Under the pieces are notes generated by a model, which saw only the letters and a program-made list of their open reading frames with translations, ran no database searches and was not told where the DNA came from. A stretch of DNA of 64,000 nucleotides, taken from Escherichia coli. GTDB taxonomy: Bacteria; Pseudomonadota; Gammaproteobacteria; Enterobacterales; Enterobacteriaceae. Where the stretch lies: the NCBI RefSeq assembly GCF_024502345.1, contig NZ_JALDNN010000001.1. The stretch is one strand, 5' to 3'. Numbering within the stretch: position 1 is the stretch's first letter; each line of letters starts with the position of its first letter. The position numbers and the translations under genes are program-made. Positions 56,682 to 64,000 of the stretch are shown here, piece after piece.

Positions 56682-57146
56682 TCAGGCTTTTTCCATTTCG
56701 TTACCACGAGAACGACGTTGCACTGCCCCTTCTCTCTTACCGGGATGGCTTTTAGCATCAGCGGTCATTAATGTCTGGAGTATTGGGCATTCAACTCGCT
56801 CATCCCCAGCACAGCTTTTGATCAGAGCTCTGAGTGTATCTGCCATTCGTCGCATATTTTCCATACGTCGCTCTAAATCATCCATATGCTCTTGTGCCAG
56901 ACGTTTAACATCGGCGCTCTGGCGAGATTTGTCATTCCATAACTTGAGCAAATCGGCTATCTCTTCAAGAGAAAAACCAAGATCGCGCGCACTGCGGATA
57001 AAAATCAGACGATGGACATCATTGGGTGCATAATCACGGTAGCCCGCTTCGGTACGGCCAGTAGCAGGAATCAGACCAATTTGCTCGTAATAGCGAATCA
57101 TCTTTGCGGAGATTCCTGATTCGTTCGATGCTTTACCAATGTTCAT
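56682..57146 (-). CDS. MerR-family Cu/Au-responsive regulator (CueR/GolS-like)
   Basis: 154-aa ORF from MNIGKASNESGISAKMIRYYEQIGLIP with C-terminal metal-binding cysteines (CAGDERVECP); directly downstream of and co-oriented with the CopA-like ATPase. Confidence 0.8.
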   Translation of the reverse strand: MNIGKASNESGISAKMIRYYEQIGLIPATGRTEAGYRDYAPNDVHRLIFIRSARDLGFSLEEIADLLKLWNDKSRQSADVKRLAQEHMDDLERRMENMRRMADTLRALIKSCAGDERVECPILQTLMTADAKSHPGKREGAVQRRSRGNEMEKA

Positions 57147-57159
57147 AGCTCCCCTTTTC

Positions 57160-59655
57160 TTAGTGCTCAGAGTCTTCTGCCAGCGGAGGCTGGAACCGAC
57201 GCAAACGAAGTGCGTTGCCCAGGACAAATACACTGGATAGCGCCATCGCGCCTGCAGCAAAGATTGGTGAAAGCAGCAATCCATAGGCAGGGTACAGCAG
57301 GCCTGCTGCTACAGGGATCAATGCGGCATTATAACCAAACGCCCAAAAAAGATTTTGCCTGATGTTACCTATGGTTGCCTTAGACAATCCAATAGCATTA
57401 GGCACACCCTGTAGGTTGCCGGACATTAAGACAACATCAGCAGATTCCACCGCTATATCGGTACCTGTACCAATTGCAAGCCCAATATCTGCCACGGCTA
57501 AAGCTGGGGCATCATTAATGCCATCACCAACATAAGCGACCTTACCGTAAGACTCCTTCAACCGACGAACTGCTTCAACTTTCCCTTCTGGCAACACTTC
57601 GGCAACCACTTCATCAATACCAAGCTGTCTCGCAATCGCATTTGCTGTATTGGCATTGTCACCGGTAATCATTGCGACTTTGAGCCCCAGTTGGTGCAAT
57701 GCATTTATGGCAATCGGCGTACTTGATTTAATAGGGTCAGCGACTGCGATAATGGCAGCCAGACGTCCATCAATAGCAACATAGAGTGGCGATTTTCCTT
57801 CGTTTCCAAGGCGTATCGCAGTCTTTGAAAAATACTCGATATCCAAGCCTAACTCACGCATAAATCGATCGGCCCCGACCTCTACGCGCTCTCCGTCTAC
57901 GGTAGCCCTGACGCCCATCCCAGTAATTGAATCAAACTCAGTCAACGCTGGCAGCGATATCTCTTTTCCTAGAGCAGCTTCAACGATAGCGCGGGCAATA
58001 GGATGTTCCGAACGTGATTCAACAGCGGCAACTTTTGCTAATACTAAGTCAAGCTCAAACCCTTCGGCCAACTCCAGGTCTGTCATTACTGGGCGCCCTT
58101 CAGTCAAAGTACCTGTTTTGTCTACAGCGACAACCCTGGCATCTTTAAGCAACTGCAGAGCTTCTCCCTTACGGAACAAGATCCCCATTTCTGCACCACG
58201 CCCAGTACCTACCATGATAGAGGTTGGGGTAGCCAATCCCATTGCACATGGGCAGGCAATGATCAATACAGCCACGGCATTAACCAGTGCGAAAGACAGG
58301 GCCGGTGATGGCCCAAATGTTAACCAGGCAAGGAAAGTTAACAACGCTGCCAGCATCACCACAGGAACAAACCATAATGTCACCTTATCGACCACGGCTT
58401 GTATAGGTAGTTTAGAGCCCTGGGCTTGCTCTACCATTCTGATTATTTGTGACAACATCGTCTGGCCACCAACGGCTGTTGCACGCAACCTCAATGCTCC
58501 TTTCTGGTTAACAGTCCCGCCAACCATTAAGCTTCCGGGAACTTTCTCGACGGGGATAGGCTCCCCCGTTATCATCGATTCATCGACAAAACTTGTTCCT
58601 TCACTCACCTCACCATCAACAGGTATCCGCTCACCTGGTCGAACTTCGATAATGTCATCAAGGGCTACATCACTAATGGGAATATCGATGACAATGCCGT
58701 TACGCAGCACATGCGCCTCTTTGGCCTGCAATCCAACCAAACGCTTGATAGCCTCAGACGTTCGACCTTTAGCTCGCGCCTCCATAAATCGTCCTAAAAG
58801 AATAAGAGCGACGATTACCGCAGCAGCTTCGTAATACACATTGACGGTACCTTGAGGCAAAAGACCTGGAGCAAAGGTCGCAATCATTGAATAACCGAAT
58901 GCAGCGAGAGTCCCGACGGAGACGAGAGAGTTCATGTCTGGGCCAAGTCTTAATAACGCGGGAATACCTTTCAGGTAAAAGCGCCGCCCCGGAATAGCCA
59001 ACACCAGCAATGTTAATACAAACTGGAGATACCAGCTTTCCTGGAGCCCAATGGTATCCATTATCCATTGATGCATTCCCGGTATCACATGCGACCCCAT
59101 TTCCAGAATAAATACTGGTAACGCAAGTACGGTCGCCAGAACTAAATCTTTCTTCAACGCAACCTTTTCAGCATCTTTTTTTTCTGCGGCACTATCATTA
59201 TTCTGGCTTTGGTTATCAACCAGGCTGGCTTCATAACCGATTTTTTCGATAGCAGTTATGAGGTCATCAACTCCTGCGGTTCCACGTACAGTAGCTCTTT
59301 CAGTCGCTAAATTAACAGTGGCTTCTTTTACACCTTTAACCGCTCGGAGCGATTTTTCGACACGCCCTACGCATGATGCACATGTCATGCCCTGAACTGA
59401 TAACTCTACAGAAGCTTGAGGAACCTCATAACCAACCTTTTCAACTGCTTCAACCAACGCCATACGATTAACGAATGCATTTAGGCGGATATCTGCACGC
59501 TCTGTTGCAAGGTTAACGCTTACGTTTTGTACGCCTTCAACCTTAGCCAGAGCGGCTTCAACTCGTCCAACGCAGCTTGCACAAGTCATTCCCTCAATGG
59601 GCAAGCTGACTTGAGTTTCACCATCATTAGAATGCTGTTTTTTTTGAATGCTCAT
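57160..59655 (-). CDS. copper/gold-translocating P1B-type ATPase (CopA/GolT-like)
   Basis: 831-aa ORF with two N-terminal heavy-metal-associated domains ([12 protein letters not shown] twice), CPC motif ([12 protein letters not shown]), DKTGT and GDGINDAP. Confidence 0.9.
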   Translation of the reverse strand: MSIQKKQHSNDGETQVSLPIEGMTCASCVGRVEAALAKVEGVQNVSVNLATERADIRLNAFVNRMALVEAVEKVGYEVPQASVELSVQGMTCASCVGRVEKSLRAVKGVKEATVNLATERATVRGTAGVDDLITAIEKIGYEASLVDNQSQNNDSAAEKKDAEKVALKKDLVLATVLALPVFILEMGSHVIPGMHQWIMDTIGLQESWYLQFVLTLLVLAIPGRRFYLKGIPALLRLGPDMNSLVSVGTLAAFGYSMIATFAPGLLPQGTVNVYYEAAAVIVALILLGRFMEARAKGRTSEAIKRLVGLQAKEAHVLRNGIVIDIPISDVALDDIIEVRPGERIPVDGEVSEGTSFVDESMITGEPIPVEKVPGSLMVGGTVNQKGALRLRATAVGGQTMLSQIIRMVEQAQGSKLPIQAVVDKVTLWFVPVVMLAALLTFLAWLTFGPSPALSFALVNAVAVLIIACPCAMGLATPTSIMVGTGRGAEMGILFRKGEALQLLKDARVVAVDKTGTLTEGRPVMTDLELAEGFELDLVLAKVAAVESRSEHPIARAIVEAALGKEISLPALTEFDSITGMGVRATVDGERVEVGADRFMRELGLDIEYFSKTAIRLGNEGKSPLYVAIDGRLAAIIAVADPIKSSTPIAINALHQLGLKVAMITGDNANTANAIARQLGIDEVVAEVLPEGKVEAVRRLKESYGKVAYVGDGINDAPALAVADIGLAIGTGTDIAVESADVVLMSGNLQGVPNAIGLSKATIGNIRQNLFWAFGYNAALIPVAAGLLYPAYGLLLSPIFAAGAMALSSVFVLGNALRLRRFQPPLAEDSEH

Positions 59656-59840
59656 GATGTATTTCTCATCGTTATGGTCAGATAAAGAACAACCTTAAGG
59701 CTTACCATCGTGGGAAGGTCAAGCGCATTATTTTGAACATGCCGATGCCGTGGAAGGAATGGATATAAAAACCCTTTACATGAACACATATTCATATGTT
59801 ATATTGAAGGCATCATGTATAACCAACCGCTTGAGGCCCT

Positions 59841-60845
<1,005 letters not shown>

Positions 60846-60890
60846 TCAGGCCTCTGGTGATGCACTATCAATTTAGGAGGGAGAATCATA

Positions 60891-61253
60891 ATGTCCAGCA
60901 CATCAGATTGCGGCAACATACAAGACTGTTCCGCGACAGATCATGTCGCGGAGCCAGATCTATCAATGCTCTCGCAAAACGACATTGGGCAACTTTCCGA
61001 GATTTTCCATCTACTGGGGGACCAGTCAAGACTACGAATCCTGCTTTACTGTATGCGTGGTTCGGTCTCTGTAGGCGACATTGCTGAGTCGCTCCAGTTA
61101 TCACAATCTCTGGTCAGTCATCATCTGAGGTTGTTACGAAGTGCAAGGCTTGTTCGCGGAGAGAGAAAGGGTAAGTACATATTTTATAGCATAATGGATC
61201 ACCATGTAAGTCATGTTCTTCAGGACATGGTATTTCACATAGCTGAAGAATAA
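60891..61253 (+). CDS. ArsR/SmtB-family metalloregulatory repressor
   Basis: 120-aa ORF with HTH segment GDIAESLQLSQSLVSHHLRLLRSARLV. Confidence 0.75.
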   Translation: MSSTSDCGNIQDCSATDHVAEPDLSMLSQNDIGQLSEIFHLLGDQSRLRILLYCMRGSVSVGDIAESLQLSQSLVSHHLRLLRSARLVRGERKGKYIFYSIMDHHVSHVLQDMVFHIAEE

Positions 61254-61637
61254 CCCGAATGAATTTTGATAAGTAGAGCTTGTGTAATTCCAACTCACCT
61301 TAGTTTTTCATTACTTTGGTGAGTTGTTTCATCATTAATTTATTAAAACCTTAATAATTAACCTTTTAATAATGAAACCTGCCCCCTTCCCTTGTATGTA
61401 ATAAATACCTGATGGTTCACTATCACCAGATAAAGCGAAGTGAGCAGGCCACCTCATGAAGGAGAAACCTTGCTTTGCAAGCTTATTGAATAGCCACGGA
61501 TAATCTAGTTTGTCTGCTTCGTGCCAAAAGCGGACATTGCTACATCACAATGCGTTATGGTCAACATCAGAATGCAGCCCTTGTGTTGTGACGTGTAGTC
61601 TGGCCTAAACGCAGTTGCACTACATTACCTCGTGGGG

Positions 61638-61886
61638 TCAGCGACGGCCCCGTTTCAGTTCACGTACACAGGGATCATACTCATCTGCATAGCCACCAAA
61701 GTCATGGCTGGGCATGAAGTACCACTTTTCACCTTTCCAACCAGCGATCCGGGTGGTCGGTTTGGTTTTATTCAGAACAACAATACAGACGCCGACGGGA
61801 GACACTGGAGGAAGAAGTCGTTGCACCACACACTCACGATTGCCCACATCAATCCAGTCTTTGACGTGAATTTCAGGATGGTTCAT
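61638..61886 (-). CDS. hypothetical protein
   Basis: 82-aa ORF MNHPEIHVKDWIDVGNRECVVQRL; no family recognised. Confidence 0.35.
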   Translation of the reverse strand: MNHPEIHVKDWIDVGNRECVVQRLLPPVSPVGVCIVVLNKTKPTTRIAGWKGEKWYFMPSHDFGGYADEYDPCVRELKRGRR

Positions 61887-62166
61887 TGTTTATCTTCATG
61901 TGATGGAATTGCTTACCGTAATGCATCCGATTACCGTGCAAGATCATGTATCCTGTCGCCTTCCTGCTCCCTTGAGGTGGCGCTGCCTTGGTACAGTCAG
62001 CACTCTGAATGTCAGGCCCAGCCGCGAGGCCGGAAGCTCATCAGGTCGCTGCGGTAGGGGAAAACGGTCCGGGTAACAGACCGTAATCGCCTGCTGGTGG
62101 TTATTGGCCCTGACTGGAGCCGCACTGAAAACTGAAGCGCATTAATATACTCGCGCCTCCGACAGG

Positions 62167-64000
62167 TCAGGCAATTTCTTCCAGCGCATCGTCATTTGCC
62201 GGTGGAGGAGGAAGTATAAGCGCGTCGCACTCCCTGATGACATATTCAGGAATGAGATCAAACCGGGCAGGATCCAGCTGACAGATAAATTCATTTTCAA
62301 TGTGGTAGGTCTCATTCATGAATTTACGTATTACTGCGTTCTCGAGTCCGGTCTGAAGCAACCTGAACACCTGCAGTTTCTCGTAGCCATTACGGCAGAG
62401 CAGATAAAGCGCACGTATACGATCCGGGTCGGTGAGCTGAACGAAAGTGGCCTGGTAGTCAAAGCCGGGAATGCGATCGGCGATTGCCTGGCAGCCGAAG
62501 GCAACTTTTTCTGCGGACATTTCAGGATGTCCCACTCCCTGCACAACGGGTTCACGGGTGTCGATGGGCGTTTCACGGTGATGAAAAAGGTTTGACAGCA
62601 CCTGATAGGCATCACCGAGGTCGTCCATAATTTCATAATGTCGGCGAAGATAGATCAACTTGATGATGTCTTCACTATCAGAGTCAGTGACAGACTGGCA
62701 GATCTGAGCAAAAGTGCGGATATCACTTTCACCGATGAGCTGCTCGGTGATGCAGCCTGCGCTGTAGTGCAAGTGTGAGGCCGTAACCAGATTACTGAAC
62801 AGCTTCCTGACGGACTTCAGTGTATCAATAATAGGCTCAACATCGTGAGTCAGCATCAGTACCGTTTCATTTTTCAGGCACTCACCGGTATTGCGGCGAA
62901 ACAGCATCTCCAGGATGGCAAATTTCTTGTTCTTATCAAACGATGAAATCGGGTCGTCAAGAATGATCAGGCCTGGCTTCTTGGCTAAGCATTCATACAT
63001 AAACAGAACAATGGCAAAGGCGTTGCGTTCACCGTAGCTGAGATGCTGGCTGCCGCCGCTGACGTAGCCTTCAAAGTCTTCGTGGCGCAGTTTCAGCCGA
63101 CATTTATCGCCTTCCCCAGTGATATCCACCTGATAACGATAGCCTGCGTAAGCCAGAAAGGTATTGATATCGGTTTTATGCTTGAGGATCAGCTTCTGCA
63201 TGCCCTGACGCTGCTTATTTATTTGACCCTGCAGGCGTCCGGCCTGCGTCGTCAGGTCGTCTAAAGAGGTATTGAGACTGGCTACGGTGCGGGCCGTTTT
63301 ATCCGACTGCAGCTCCGGGAAAAACTTCACGTCTAGGCGACAGGCTTCCAGTGCAGCCTTGACGTTGGTTGAAGCGCTGAACGTAAAGCCGTTAAGAGTC
63401 TTAAGGGTATTCAGCATATTTATCAGGCTGTCTGTCTGCTTCTTCACTGTCACGAGATATTCTTCGTGCTGTTTTTCCAGCCCACTTTTTAGGGTTGTAA
63501 TATCAGCGAGGCGGGCACGGGCAGGCTCTGAAAAATATTCGCCGAGTTTATCTAGCACGCCGATCAGGCCGATCAGGTTTTTAATGACAGCCTTATCATA
63601 CTCCGCGCTGACGCGGCTAATCTGCTCGGCCTTTTCACGGGAGTCGCCAGTACAGAACGGACAGCAGCCGTCGGATAGCGCGGAGAATTTCTCATACCCC
63701 CGGGTCTGCCACTCGATCCACTCTACGCTGCTTTTACTTTGGATGTACGGCTTATAAGATTCCAAACCGTCGGGAATGTGCTGAAGCTTGTTGCCAGCGG
63801 ATAAGCCTTTCATACCGGTAGACGTTTTTGCAATCCCGGTACTACTCAGCTTAAATGCGGCGCTGAGTTCCCCCAGGTGCGTGATGAATTCTTCAAGCCC
63901 GACGTTATCAGCAAACTGCTGCCGTATGGCCACGACCATGGCTTCGATTTCGCGTTCTGTCTCGTGATACGCTTCACTTTTGATGAAGATGTCAAAACTA
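62167..64000 (-). CDS. ABC/SMC-like ATPase, C-terminal part; N-terminus beyond the window end
   Basis: ABC signature LSYGERNAF and Walker B LIILDDPISSFD; no Walker A within the window; the reading frame stays open upstream of the first ATG to position 64000. Confidence 0.65.
   Translation of the reverse strand, partial: SFDIFIKSEAYHETEREIEAMVVAIRQQFADNVGLEEFITHLGELSAAFKLSSTGIAKTSTGMKGLSAGNKLQHIPDGLESYKPYIQSKSSVEWIEWQTRGYEKFSALSDGCCPFCTGDSREKAEQISRVSAEYDKAVIKNLIGLIGVLDKLGEYFSEPARARLADITTLKSGLEKQHEEYLVTVKKQTDSLINMLNTLKTLNGFTFSASTNVKAALEACRLDVKFFPELQSDKTARTVASLNTSLDDLTTQAGRLQGQINKQRQGMQKLILKHKTDINTFLAYAGYRYQVDITGEGDKCRLKLRHEDFEGYVSGGSQHLSYGERNAFAIVLFMYECLAKKPGLIILDDPISSFDKNKKFAILEMLFRRNTGECLKNETVLMLTHDVEPIIDTLKSVRKLFSNLVTASHLHYSAGCITEQLIGESDIRTFAQICQSVTDSDSEDIIKLIYLRRHYEIMDDLGDAYQVLSNLFHHRETPIDTREPVVQGVGHPEMSAEKVAFGCQAIADRIPGFDYQATFVQLTDPDRIRALYLLCRNGYEKLQVFRLLQTGLENAVIRKFMNETYHIENEFICQLDPARFDLIPEYVIRECDALILPPPPANDDALEEIA

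Overview
The first ~20 kb is conserved Escherichia coli-type chromosomal backbone: epmA (partial), frdABCD, ampC, blc, gdx/sugE with a guanidine-II riboswitch, ecnB/ecnA, efp, epmB, yjeJ, yjeI, groSL with its sigma32 promoter, yjeH, fxsA, aspA, dcuA, cutA, dsbD, yjdC and an intact tRNA-Phe gene (20145..20220). Everything after the tRNA looks horizontally acquired. A 49-bp direct repeat of the tRNA 3-prime end at 46271..46319 splits this DNA into two tandem islands. Island A (~20221..46270) carries a SIR2-HerA anti-phage operon next to the tRNA, an orphan 274-aa gene, two tyrosine integrases with a DUF927-type replication protein, an IS903-group insertion with 9-bp target duplication, a compact four-gene cassette of unknown function ending in an LRAT/HRASLS-like papain-fold enzyme, a YaaW-like protein, a BrxR/CapW-type WYL regulator, a GmrSD-type (DUF262/DUF1524) type IV restriction enzyme, a type I R-M operon (hsdM-hsdS-hsdR) and a 48-bp tandem-repeat ORF. 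Island B (46320 to the window end) starts with a P4-type integrase and carries a phosphoethanolamine-transferase-like gene, an outer-membrane beta-barrel protein, a truncated IS1 interrupted by an IS3-family element, a heavy-metal resistance cluster (Zn/Cd/Pb-type and Cu/Au-type P1B ATPases with MerR regulators, a CDF transporter, an ArsR repressor) and a partial ABC/SMC-like ATPase cut by the window edge. The best candidate for an undescribed system is the four-gene LRAT-like cassette (32800..34575), followed by the orphan nuclease-like gene at 24942..25766. No CRISPR array and no rRNA were seen. All calls rest on reading the sequence and ORF translations against remembered protein families; no database search was run.
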